DNA of 64,000 bases. Source: Bacteroidales bacterium. GTDB lineage: Bacteria > Bacteroidota > Bacteroidia > Bacteroidales > VadinHA17. A program made the position numbers and the translations under genes. The notes under the pieces were generated by a model. That model made no database searches, was not told the origin of the DNA, and saw only the letters and a list, made by a program, of their open reading frames with translations. The DNA lies in contig JALONT010000008.1 of NCBI GenBank assembly GCA_025454795.1, positions 21,423 to 85,422 of the forward strand, written 5' to 3'. Shown here in pieces: positions 27,875-37,394 of this stretch. Every line of letters starts with the position of its first letter. Positions within the stretch are counted from its first letter, which is position 1.

Positions 27875-28840
27875 TTATCTGAATTTTGTGCTTGAAGTGA
27901 GCAGCTGGATCATTTCAAAATACTCATCTTCATTCAGGTCGTCATTAAAGAAGTAAAGCGGATTCTGATGGTTTCCATATAAGTCGATCTGGTAATGAAG
28001 ATGCGGACCGGAGGAAGTACCTGAACTGCCGCTCAGCCCAATAATATCGCCACGTTTTACATTCAGTCCGACTGAAACTTTAATTCTGCTCAGATGCCCA
28101 TAGATTGTCTGATATCCATAACCATGGTCAATTTTAACACAATTCCCGAAACCACTGGTGTTCCAGGCTGCTTCAATTACTTTGCCGTTACCTGTTGCGT
28201 ACACTTCCGTACCATATGGTGCACTGAAATCCTGTCCATAATGCCATTGCGGGGTACCCAGCACCGGATGCACTTCTCTGAATTTCAGTCCGTCGCCCCT
28301 TCTGATAGAAACATCAACAGGGCTGATGTATGGAATATACTCCAGAGCTCTCTCCCATTCGTCTTCCTTTTCCCTGATTGCTCTGAATGATTCAGTCTGA
28401 ACCGTTACAATATTCTTAAGTTCCTCTATCCTGATACTTGTTGTTCTCATGATATCGGAATTGAAATAGCCATTAAGGTGGCTGAATCTTTCAACACCTC
28501 CGAATCCGGGTTTCCTTATTGATTCAGGAATGCTGTCCATCTCCAGGATAGGCCGGTAGCGTACCTCATCCGACATTTTTAGGCTGTTAAGTGTCTTGAG
28601 TGAATGGTCGAGCCCCCTGTTTGCCAGAGAATACTGAAACTTCAGGTTTCCTATCTGCTGATTCAGCATTGCTTCTTTAGGAGAACCAAACAGGCTTTCG
28701 AATATGGTAGCATAAATAATTGTAATGGTAACTGTCCCTGCAAACCAGAAAAGAAGGTGTAAAAGCTTCTTCGTCCACGGCAGTCTTACCTGCTTGAATT
28801 GCAGATCATTAAGATCCAAAAAATATTTCCGGTTTCGCAT
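27875..28840 (-). CDS. M23 family metallopeptidase (paralog of the preceding gene)
   Basis: 321 aa with the same architecture: HYGQDF, GNCVKIDHG, GSSGTSSGPHLHYQ and a LNEDEYFEMIQ tail. Confidence 0.85.
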   Translation of the reverse strand: MRNRKYFLDLNDLQFKQVRLPWTKKLLHLLFWFAGTVTITIIYATIFESLFGSPKEAMLNQQIGNLKFQYSLANRGLDHSLKTLNSLKMSDEVRYRPILEMDSIPESIRKPGFGGVERFSHLNGYFNSDIMRTTSIRIEELKNIVTVQTESFRAIREKEDEWERALEYIPYISPVDVSIRRGDGLKFREVHPVLGTPQWHYGQDFSAPYGTEVYATGNGKVIEAAWNTSGFGNCVKIDHGYGYQTIYGHLSRIKVSVGLNVKRGDIIGLSGSSGTSSGPHLHYQIDLYGNHQNPLYFFNDDLNEDEYFEMIQLLTSSTKFR

Positions 28841-28957
28841 CAGCCGGGTTATCTGTTATAATTATATTTTTTTTGCAATCGGCAAATCTAAATCAAATAA
28901 ATTAAATTTACAAGCCAATTTTCAGGTATATTTACATAATACTATGATATTTAACAG

Positions 28958-31588
28958 ATGAAGGCACAGGAACTGAGACAGATATTTTTTGAATTTTTCC
29001 GGTCTAAGGATCATGAGATCGTACAATCGGCGCCGATGATAATTAAAAATGATCCGACTCTTATGTTTACCAATGCCGGGATGAATCAGTTTAAGGATAT
29101 CTTTCTTGGAAACAGCCAGCCTAAAAACGGAAGAGTCGCAAATTCACAGAAATGCCTGAGAGTCTCAGGCAAACATAACGATCTGGAGGAGGTCGGACAC
29201 GACACATACCATCATACCATGTTTGAGATGCTTGGCAACTGGTCGTTCGGTGACTATTTTAAAAAAGAGGCTATTGAATGGGCATGGGAATTTCTTAACG
29301 GGAAACTTGGAATTCCGGAAGAACGTCTTTACGCAACGGTCTTTAAAGGAAGCGATGAAGATAAGGTGCCAAGAGATAATGAGGCTCTGAGCTACTGGCA
29401 GAAATGTTTCCCGAAAAAAGAGAACCATATTCTCGAAGGTTCCGGAAAAGACAACTTCTGGGAGATGGGGGAAACAGGTCCGTGCGGCCCCTGCTCTGAG
29501 ATACATGTCGACATACGGGATGATAGTGAAAGAAGAGAGATACCAGGTCATGAACTTGTAAATAAGGGACATCCCCTGGTTATAGAGATATGGAACCTTG
29601 TATTCATCCAGTATAACCGCAGAGCAGATGGTACTCTTGAGCTTCTCCCTGCAAAACATGTCGATACAGGAATGGGCTTCGAGCGGCTCTGTATGGTTAT
29701 TCAGGGTAAAAAATCAAATTACGATACTGACATCTTCCAATCGGTTATCAGCGAAATATCGAGGATCACCGGTAAAAAATATGGTGTGAATGAGTCATGG
29801 GATATTGCATTACGTGTGATTGCCGACCACCTGAGAGCAGTGGCATTTTCAATTGCAGACGGACAGCTTCCTTCAAACAATAAAGCCGGCTATGTTATCA
29901 GAAGGATCCTCCGCAGGGCTGTCAGATATGGTTATAATAACCTGGAAACGGAAGAACCTTTTATGTATCGGCTTGTTCCGGTTCTGACATCAGCAATGGG
30001 AGACCAGTATCCCGAACTCCTGAAAGCAGAGGACCAGATATCAAAGATTATTTTCGAGGAGGAAACATCTTTTCTGAAAACACTCGGGAAGGGATTGAAA
30101 ATGATAGGTAAAATGATAACCAGACTTAAAAAAGAGGATAAAATTATTCTTCCCGGAAAGGTAGCTTTTGAATTATATGATACATTTGGTTTTCCGGTTG
30201 ATCTTACCCGGCTTATCCTTAAGGAAAACGGGATGCAGCTTGACATGGAAGGATTTGATAATGAGATGAAAGACCAGAAGAACAGATCACGCGAAGATGG
30301 GTCACTCGATGCCGGTGACTGGAAAATTGTCAGGGAATCCGGAGATACTCTGTTTACCGGTTACGAAAAAACTGAAGATAAAGTGCTTATTACCAGATAC
30401 CGCACAGTAAAATTAAAAGGTAAAGAGATATGCCACCTGGTATTCAATAAAACACCATTCTATGCTGAATCCGGCGGACAGGCCGGTGACACAGGGTTTA
30501 TCACTTCAAACAAAGAAAAAACAGAAATAATTGATACTATAAAAGAAAACAATCTTATAATCCATATTGCTAAAAAAGTACCTGGAGATACGAAGGCAGA
30601 TTTTAATGCTGTTGTTAATATTGAAAAACGGTTGATGACTGCAAATAATCATACTGCCACTCATCTGATTCATCATGCATTACGGACTGTTCTTGGCAAC
30701 CATGTGGAGCAGAAAGGATCACTTGTTACACCTGACCGTCTCAGGTTCGACTTCAGTCATTTCAGCAAGATGAGCCGGGAAGAGATCCTGAAGGTGGAAG
30801 AGATTGCAAACCGTCTTGTAAGAGAAAACCACCCTCAGAAAGTGACAGAAAATATTTCACTCAAAAAAGCCAGAGAAATGGGTGCAATGGCACTTTTTGG
30901 TGAGAAATACGGGGAGAGTGTACGTGTAGTTAAGTTCGGAGACTCGGTTGAACTTTGCGGAGGAACACATATCAGCACAACCGGAAGTATCGGGATTATC
31001 AAAATAGTTTCAGAGGGAGCCATCGCTGCCGGGGTCAGAAGACTGGAAGCAGTTACTGCAAGTAAAGCATATGAGTACATTAATGAAAAGCTGGCAGCTG
31101 TTGAAGAAGTTTCGGCTCTACTGAAAACCCCGGGAAACATAACAGAAGGCGTCGAAAAACTGCTTGCCGAGAATAGCATCCTTAAAAAGACCATAGAAAG
31201 ATATCAGGCTCAGGCTGCCAGATCCACCCTTACTGAACTTGAAGACAAAGCAGTAATCATCAAAGATATAAGATTCATCGCAGGAGAGATCGAAACTGAT
31301 TCTGCCGATACTCTGAAAGCTATTGCATTTGAATTAAGAAAAGCTTCAGATGACATTGTTGCAGTTATTGGATCTCCCATTAGCGGGAAAGCAAATATTG
31401 TAGTTATGGTCAGCGACAAACTCATCAGGGAAAAGAATATAAGTGCCGTGAACATAATAAAAGAGATCGCTGCCGAGATCAACGGGGGTGGAGGAGGACA
31501 GCCATTTCTCGCAACTGCCGGGGGTAAGAACCCTGCAGGGATTTCACGTGCGCTGAAGAAAGCTGAAGATTATCTGAGAAAATTATAA
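28958..31588 (+). CDS. alaS: alanine--tRNA ligase
   Basis: 876 aa with FTNAGMNQFK, CLRVSGKHNDLEEVG, the editing-domain HTATHLIHHAL and CGGTH motifs, and a C-terminal DHHA1-like GGGGG segment. Confidence 0.95.
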   Translation: MKAQELRQIFFEFFRSKDHEIVQSAPMIIKNDPTLMFTNAGMNQFKDIFLGNSQPKNGRVANSQKCLRVSGKHNDLEEVGHDTYHHTMFEMLGNWSFGDYFKKEAIEWAWEFLNGKLGIPEERLYATVFKGSDEDKVPRDNEALSYWQKCFPKKENHILEGSGKDNFWEMGETGPCGPCSEIHVDIRDDSERREIPGHELVNKGHPLVIEIWNLVFIQYNRRADGTLELLPAKHVDTGMGFERLCMVIQGKKSNYDTDIFQSVISEISRITGKKYGVNESWDIALRVIADHLRAVAFSIADGQLPSNNKAGYVIRRILRRAVRYGYNNLETEEPFMYRLVPVLTSAMGDQYPELLKAEDQISKIIFEEETSFLKTLGKGLKMIGKMITRLKKEDKIILPGKVAFELYDTFGFPVDLTRLILKENGMQLDMEGFDNEMKDQKNRSREDGSLDAGDWKIVRESGDTLFTGYEKTEDKVLITRYRTVKLKGKEICHLVFNKTPFYAESGGQAGDTGFITSNKEKTEIIDTIKENNLIIHIAKKVPGDTKADFNAVVNIEKRLMTANNHTATHLIHHALRTVLGNHVEQKGSLVTPDRLRFDFSHFSKMSREEILKVEEIANRLVRENHPQKVTENISLKKAREMGAMALFGEKYGESVRVVKFGDSVELCGGTHISTTGSIGIIKIVSEGAIAAGVRRLEAVTASKAYEYINEKLAAVEEVSALLKTPGNITEGVEKLLAENSILKKTIERYQAQAARSTLTELEDKAVIIKDIRFIAGEIETDSADTLKAIAFELRKASDDIVAVIGSPISGKANIVVMVSDKLIREKNISAVNIIKEIAAEINGGGGGQPFLATAGGKNPAGISRALKKAEDYLRKL

Positions 31589-31612
31589 TTTTCTGATCCG
31601 TCAATTACAGTG

Positions 31613-32080
31613 ATGAAATATTCATTATTGAAAATTCTGTTAGTTTTTTTTACCGGGGAATTCCTGTTTATGATTTCATGCACTCAGGAGGCTTGTTTTG
31701 ATGAGACCAATGCCTATTTAAAAGCTTCATTTTACCTGTACAGTACACAAAAACCTCTTGCTCCCGACAGCCTTACATTATATGGAACAGGCAGGGATAC
31801 CAGCAAAATATATAATAAGACTCCATCAACAAAGCAGGCTCTTATTCCTCTCAATTCCTCAGCCGGAAGCTGCTGTTTCATTGTCAGGATCAATGGAGTT
31901 TCCGATACTCTTTCGATCTGGTACACTTCTTACCCTCACCTGCTTTCACAGGAATGCGGTTATACTTATTTTCATACTCTTGATTCAGTTGCAGTTACAA
32001 AGAATATAGTCGATACCCTGACTGTACAGTTATATGCAGTTACAACACTCAATGGAGAAAACATCCGTATATATTATTAG
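31613..32080 (+). CDS. hypothetical small lipoprotein
   Basis: Signal peptide with a lipobox-like FMISC and a Cys-containing roughly 130-aa body. I recognise no catalytic motif. The ATG at 31613 is preferred over the GTG at 31610. Confidence 0.45.
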   Translation: MKYSLLKILLVFFTGEFLFMISCTQEACFDETNAYLKASFYLYSTQKPLAPDSLTLYGTGRDTSKIYNKTPSTKQALIPLNSSAGSCCFIVRINGVSDTLSIWYTSYPHLLSQECGYTYFHTLDSVAVTKNIVDTLTVQLYAVTTLNGENIRIYY

Positions 32081-32777
32081 TATTCTGATATTTCTTTTCA
32101 GCTTGCCGGCAATGGCGCAGAATGAGCCACCCGACAGTGTTGATATCCTTCTTAAGCTGAAAGTTGGGATAGAAGTCGCCGGACCTGCTATCTATTTTAC
32201 AGATAAAAACAATTTAAGCATTGAGGGTTATTTCTCAGCCGACCTGAACGAAAGAAGAGCTTTGTACTTTAGTGGCGGCTATTCAGATTTTAAATACTCT
32301 CAATATAATTACAGCTACATCAGCAAAGGATTTTATGTAAAGGCCGGTGTAGATTTCAACCTCCTGAAACCTGCGACAGGAATGGGAAAATACTGGGCAG
32401 GCATAGGGCTTCATTATGGATTGAGCTCCTTTATTTCTGAAACTCCTTTCCTCAAATATGAGAATTACTGGGGAACGACTTCATCTTCAATTGCCCGGAA
32501 AACAGATTGGGGTCACTACCTCGAAGCATCTCCAGGGTTCAGAGCAGAAATATTCAGGAATTTCAACATCGGATGGTCCATCAGCCTCAGAAAGTTGATC
32601 TATACCGGAACCGGTAAAGATCTGAAGCCGATCTTTATTCCGGGATACGGTTCTGCAAATAAATCATTCAGCACAGGGATCAGCTACTATTTAATGTGGA
32701 GTATCCCTTATAAAAAGATCAGGGTTACAGTAAAAGAGGAGCCTCCTTCAGAGACCGGAGAGCAGGAAGAACCTTGA
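32052..32777 (+). CDS. hypothetical outer-membrane beta-barrel-like protein
   Basis: Signal peptide MEKTSVYIISILIFLFSLPAMAQ, an alternating aromatic/Gly beta-strand pattern, and an acidic C-terminal tail. It overlaps the preceding gene by 29 nt. Confidence 0.45.
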   Translation: MEKTSVYIISILIFLFSLPAMAQNEPPDSVDILLKLKVGIEVAGPAIYFTDKNNLSIEGYFSADLNERRALYFSGGYSDFKYSQYNYSYISKGFYVKAGVDFNLLKPATGMGKYWAGIGLHYGLSSFISETPFLKYENYWGTTSSSIARKTDWGHYLEASPGFRAEIFRNFNIGWSISLRKLIYTGTGKDLKPIFIPGYGSANKSFSTGISYYLMWSIPYKKIRVTVKEEPPSETGEQEEP

Positions 32778-32821
32778 GTAAGAGAGACCGGGATTAACGT
32801 TTCTGTTGGAAACAGGTAAGG

Positions 32822-34273
32822 CTATCTCACCTCCCTCCTGCTGAATGCCCATAATCCCATAAACGTCAGAAATCCATTAAGAAGCAGCAATTCGAATCCG
32901 AATTTGTAGCCGTTGAATAACTGTACCGAATACTTGCTTAGGAAGAAGCAGGCTAACGGTGAAAGAAGAGCTATGAAAGGTGTAAGCTTGTCATTTACCC
33001 CGCGCCTTGTAAATAGCCCGAAGGAGTAAAGTCCAAGGAGAGGGCCGTAAGTATAACCGGCAATTGTAAAAAGCTTGTCAATAACTGCCCTGTCATTCAA
33101 TGTACTGAATATCAGGATGCTTATAAAAAATATTACTGCAATTGAAAGATGCACACCGTACCTGAGGTGTGTTGCAGCCTTGTCAGAAATCACTTTTTGT
33201 TTATCTAACCCCAGGAAGTCAATACTGACAGAGGTAGTAAGAGATGTCAGCGCTCCGTCTGCGCTGGGAAACGCAGCGGATATAAGCCCTATCAGAAAAA
33301 CAATCCCTGCCGCCGGGCCGAGGTAATTGAGGGCTATTGTCGGAAACAGCTCGTCAGAAGAGGCTACTGTCACTCCTTTACTCCTTGCATACAGCAACAG
33401 GAAAGCACCCAGAAAAAGAAATAACAGGTTGACAAACATAAGTATACCGCTGAAAGTAAACATATTCTTCTGTGCCTCACGGATATTTTTACAGCTTAGG
33501 TTTTTTTGCATCATTTCCTGATCAAGTCCCGTCATTGTGATTGTAATAAACATGCCGGAGAAAAATTGCTTTAGAAAATGCCTTTCATGGTGCCAGTCGG
33601 TAATGAACATCCTTGAAATACTACTGTCGGTGATTTGCGAAAAAAGCTTTGTAATTGGTACTCCCAACCCATTGCTTATATATACTATTGAAAGTATAAC
33701 CGCAAGTAACATGAAAGTTGTTTGAAGCATATCAGTCCAGACAATCGTCCGGATTCCTCCTTTAAGTGTATATATAATTATCAGAATAATGAAGATCATG
33801 GCATTCACCCAGAACGGTATATTCCATGCATTAAAGACAAATACCTGTAAAACATTGATAACCAAGAACATTCGTAATGAAGCTCCCAGTGTACGGGATA
33901 TGATAAAAAATCCTGCACCGGTCTTGTACGACCAGAATCCGAATCTCTGTTCCAGATAAGAATAAATTGATGTAAGCTTTAACCTGTAATATAATGGCAG
34001 AAGAACAAGTGCAATGACAAAATAGCCAAAAAGGTACCCCAGCACCACGACCATATAGCTGAACTGTGTATCCTTCACCCAACCCGGTACTGACATGAAG
34101 GTTACTCCTGAAAGCGATGCTCCTATCATACCATATGCTACTACAAACCACGGGGAGATCCTGTTACCGATAAAAAATGACTGACTATCAGCTTTCCTCG
34201 ATGTGAACCATGTTACGGTAAATAATAAAACCGTATATACAAGGAAAATACCAAGGATCAGGGTCGGCGACAT
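32822..34273 (-). CDS. sodium:solute symporter family transporter
   Basis: About 13 predicted TM helices with SSF-like segments (GNRISPW, GASLSGVTFMSVPG, GGIRTIVWTD). The start is taken at MSPTLILG. Confidence 0.75.
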   Translation of the reverse strand: MSPTLILGIFLVYTVLLFTVTWFTSRKADSQSFFIGNRISPWFVVAYGMIGASLSGVTFMSVPGWVKDTQFSYMVVVLGYLFGYFVIALVLLPLYYRLKLTSIYSYLEQRFGFWSYKTGAGFFIISRTLGASLRMFLVINVLQVFVFNAWNIPFWVNAMIFIILIIIYTLKGGIRTIVWTDMLQTTFMLLAVILSIVYISNGLGVPITKLFSQITDSSISRMFITDWHHERHFLKQFFSGMFITITMTGLDQEMMQKNLSCKNIREAQKNMFTFSGILMFVNLLFLFLGAFLLLYARSKGVTVASSDELFPTIALNYLGPAAGIVFLIGLISAAFPSADGALTSLTTSVSIDFLGLDKQKVISDKAATHLRYGVHLSIAVIFFISILIFSTLNDRAVIDKLFTIAGYTYGPLLGLYSFGLFTRRGVNDKLTPFIALLSPLACFFLSKYSVQLFNGYKFGFELLLLNGFLTFMGLWAFSRREVR

Positions 34274-34382
34274 AAATGCATAATTTAAGCTGCAAGGATA
34301 ACAAAAAGAACGGAAGCCAAAAAATTCTCTGCCTTTTAAATAGGAAGCAATAATTGACTTATTTTTGTCTAAAATCATTTAT

Positions 34383-35000
34383 ATGAGCTTTTATGAATAT
34401 CCTTCCCGGCTGCTGGAAAATGCGGTAAACGAATTTTCATCGCTCCCGGGCATAGGAAGAAAAACAGCTTTCAGGCTGGTAATGAACCTGTTAAGAAGAG
34501 ATACCGAAGAGGTAAAAAGGTTTGGAGAGAGTATCATCAGGCTTCATGATGAGATTCATTACTGCAAAGTCTGCCACAATATTTCTGATACAGAGATTTG
34601 CAGCATATGCAACGATGACAAACGCGACAGAACGGTTATCTGTGTCGTTGAAAATATACAGGATGTGATGGCAATCGAAAACACCCGCCAGTACAGGGGT
34701 CTGTACCATGTGCTCGGAGGGATAATTTCACCGATTGACGGAATCGGGCCATCGGAACTGAAGATTGAAAGCCTGGAGGAGAAAATTAAAACCGGAGGCA
34801 TCAGGGAAATAATTTTCGCCCTGAGCACAACTATGGAAGGAGATACGACTAATTACTATCTTTATAAGAAACTCAGTAAATACAATTCTTATATGACAAC
34901 CCTTGCAAGGGGTGTCGCAATAGGGGATGAACTTGAGTACACGGATGAAATAACTCTCGGCAGGGCAATTAACAACAGAAATCCTTATCAGCAAAGCTGA
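34383..35000 (+). CDS. recR: recombination protein RecR
   Basis: [12 protein letters not shown] HhH motif, the zinc finger [16 protein letters not shown], and a Toprim region VICVVE...GGIISP. The ATG at 34383 is preferred over the TTG at 34365. Confidence 0.9.
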   Translation: MSFYEYPSRLLENAVNEFSSLPGIGRKTAFRLVMNLLRRDTEEVKRFGESIIRLHDEIHYCKVCHNISDTEICSICNDDKRDRTVICVVENIQDVMAIENTRQYRGLYHVLGGIISPIDGIGPSELKIESLEEKIKTGGIREIIFALSTTMEGDTTNYYLYKKLSKYNSYMTTLARGVAIGDELEYTDEITLGRAINNRNPYQQS

Positions 35001-35041
35001 GAGCAGTAATCCGGTAAGAATTAACCGATAAATAATATTCT

Positions 35042-36622
35042 ATGGACCTTTCAGTAATTATTGTCAGTTACAATGTGAAGCATTTCCTTGAGCAGTGCCT
35101 GCATTCAGTGCATAAAGCTTCCGAAAATATTGACTGTGAAGTATTTGTGGTTGATAATAATTCAGCTGACGGTTCCTGTTCAATGATAAAAAGAGAATTT
35201 CCGCAGGTAAAGCTTATAATGAACCATGACAACAGGGGATTTTCCGCAGCGAACAACCAGGCAATAAAAGAAGCAACCGGAAGGTTCATACTTCTTCTTA
35301 ATCCTGACACAATTGTAGAGGAAGATACATTCAAAAGGTGCATCAGTTTCATGGATGACCATCCTGAGGCAGGTGCAACAGGGGTCAAAATGATTGATGG
35401 CAGGGGAAAGCTGCTGCCTGAATCCAAAAGAGCCCTTCCAACACCCAAAACCGCTTTTTTCAAGATTATAGGGCTCTCGTATATATTCCCCAAATCAAAG
35501 TTCTTCAACAGGTACTATCTCGGACATCTCGATTCAATGAAGACCACAGAGGCTGACATTATTTCCGGTGCCTTCATGTTCCTCCGGAGGGAAGCAGTTA
35601 TAAAAACGGGGCTTCTGGATGAGGATTACTTTATGTACGGAGAAGATATCGACTACAGCTACAGGTTGCTAAAGGCGGGTTATAAAAACTATTATTATCC
35701 GGAGATCAGGATTATTCATTATAAAGGAGAGAGTACAAAAAAAGAGGATCTGAATGTTCTGATCAACTTCTACAACGCTATGATAATCTTTGTCAGAAAA
35801 CATTTTTCCAATGGCAGTATGAAGGCTTTCGTTCTCCTCGTAAAGGGTGCAATCTTTTTCAGAGCCGGACTATCACTTGTAAGACGGTTCTGCAAAAGAG
35901 TTTTTATCCCTCTTACTGACGGGGTACTTATATACTTCATTTACAGGTTGGTCACCTCTGTCTGGGAGACGCATAAATTTGGAGCAGGATACAATTATCC
36001 AGGGATATTTACTGAAGAGATTGTACCTGTCTATACTCTGATCATAATTATTTCAATTGCACTATTTTCAGATTACCGCATCCCTCTAAAAGTATCAGGG
36101 GCAATAAAGGGAGTCGGTGCCGGAACAGCTGTAATCCTGATAACTTATGCCCTGCTTCCTCTTGAACTTAGATTTTCGAGAGCAATTATAATTTTCAGCG
36201 GGCTGATTTCGCTTATTGCCGTTCCGGGATTGAGAGTGCTTTTCTCAATGATTTTCCCGGGGATTATTTTAAATCCATTTGTAAAAGGAAGATCTACTGT
36301 TATAGTTTCTGACCAGGAAGGATATTTAAGAGTAAAAGAGCTTATTTCTGCAAGCGGAAGTAAAAACACCATTGCCGGCAGGGTAAGCACCATGGAAGAT
36401 GACCTGGGAGAAGATGTCCTTGGAAATATTAACCAGATAAAGGAGGTAATACGTATTAACAGGATCAGTGAGATAATATTTACTACACGTGACTTAACTG
36501 CCTCACAGATAATTGAATCGATGCATACTATCTCCCGGTCAAATGTTGTAATCAGAATTTCGCCTGCCGGTGAAAAGCTTATTATCGGAAGCAAATATAC
36601 TTTCCCGAAAAGTATATATTGA
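35042..36622 (+). CDS. family 2 glycosyltransferase fused to a polytopic membrane region and a C-terminal Rossmann-like domain
   Basis: The N-terminal GT-A domain has SVIIVSYN, VDNNSADGS, LLLNPDT, GAFMFLRR and GEDIDYSYR. About 5 TM helices follow. The C-terminal roughly 130 aa (TVIVSDQEGY...ISEIIFTT) resemble the nucleotide-binding N-domain of polyprenyl-phosphate sugar transferases. Confidence 0.7.
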   Translation: MDLSVIIVSYNVKHFLEQCLHSVHKASENIDCEVFVVDNNSADGSCSMIKREFPQVKLIMNHDNRGFSAANNQAIKEATGRFILLLNPDTIVEEDTFKRCISFMDDHPEAGATGVKMIDGRGKLLPESKRALPTPKTAFFKIIGLSYIFPKSKFFNRYYLGHLDSMKTTEADIISGAFMFLRREAVIKTGLLDEDYFMYGEDIDYSYRLLKAGYKNYYYPEIRIIHYKGESTKKEDLNVLINFYNAMIIFVRKHFSNGSMKAFVLLVKGAIFFRAGLSLVRRFCKRVFIPLTDGVLIYFIYRLVTSVWETHKFGAGYNYPGIFTEEIVPVYTLIIIISIALFSDYRIPLKVSGAIKGVGAGTAVILITYALLPLELRFSRAIIIFSGLISLIAVPGLRVLFSMIFPGIILNPFVKGRSTVIVSDQEGYLRVKELISASGSKNTIAGRVSTMEDDLGEDVLGNINQIKEVIRINRISEIIFTTRDLTASQIIESMHTISRSNVVIRISPAGEKLIIGSKYTFPKSIY

Positions 36623-36647
36623 ATATCCGCGTACCATTATAGAACAA

Positions 36648-37106
36648 TTATTCCCTGTCAACTCTGACGTTGATTGCACTTAGCCCTTTTGGACCTTTTT
36701 CAATCTCAAATGTTACTTTGTTGTTCTCTTTTATGGGATCAATAAGACTGTTTATATGTACAAAAATTCTCTGTTGTGTTGTAAGATCAGTAATAAAACC
36801 GTAACCTTTTGAATCGTTAAAGAAGGTGACTATTCCCTTTCGCACTGTTTCGAAGGAGTCTGATTCCTTGTTCTTATGTCCGCTGATATCTATATCTTCA
36901 GCCTTAACTTTAACCCGGAGAGACAAATCTGGCGGTGTTGAGGTGATTTTCCCATATTCATCAACGTATGCGATCATATCATCGAGGTTATTGCCGTCTC
37001 TGCTGCTCTTTTTGCGTTCCAGTTTTTTCTTCTCCTTTTCCTTTCTGATCTTCTCCTTTCTTGTTCTTACCTCTTTTTTGTTCCAGCTTTCCTGCGATCT
37101 GCCCAT
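36648..37106 (-). CDS. cold-shock domain protein with a Lys/Arg/Glu-rich N-terminal extension
   Basis: The C-terminal CSD has GIVTFFNDSKGYGFITD and IFVHINS. The N-terminal roughly 45 aa are KEKIRKEKEKKKLERKK-type low complexity. Confidence 0.8.
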   Translation of the reverse strand: MGRSQESWNKKEVRTRKEKIRKEKEKKKLERKKSSRDGNNLDDMIAYVDEYGKITSTPPDLSLRVKVKAEDIDISGHKNKESDSFETVRKGIVTFFNDSKGYGFITDLTTQQRIFVHINSLIDPIKENNKVTFEIEKGPKGLSAINVRVDRE

Positions 37107-37205
37107 GTTTTTTCTATTTGTTATTAAACGGTTTCAACAATTAAGAACCTCTCCATTTGAATAATCCGGAATTATGCAAAAAATTCTCCTGGCAGGTATC
37201 TCTTG

Positions 37206-37213
37206 CAAAATTA
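37206..37213 (-). promoter_or_regulatory. candidate -7 box (TAATTTTG on the minus strand) for the cold-shock-domain gene
   Basis: TAnnTTTG match about 100 nt upstream of the ATG at 37106. It implies a long 5' leader, as is common for csp genes. Confidence 0.35.
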
Positions 37214-37394
37214 ACTTTAAACCTGGTTGTTCAGCAATTTATTCAGCAAAAATAAGCCCGAAATCATATTTAATTGAAACAATATCCCTTTTAAGGCACT
37301 TTGAATAAGAAAATTTAAACAATTTTTTCCTATAATTGTTAAATAAAATAGTAAAAGAAATATTAACATATTATAGATTTTAAGATAATAGTTT

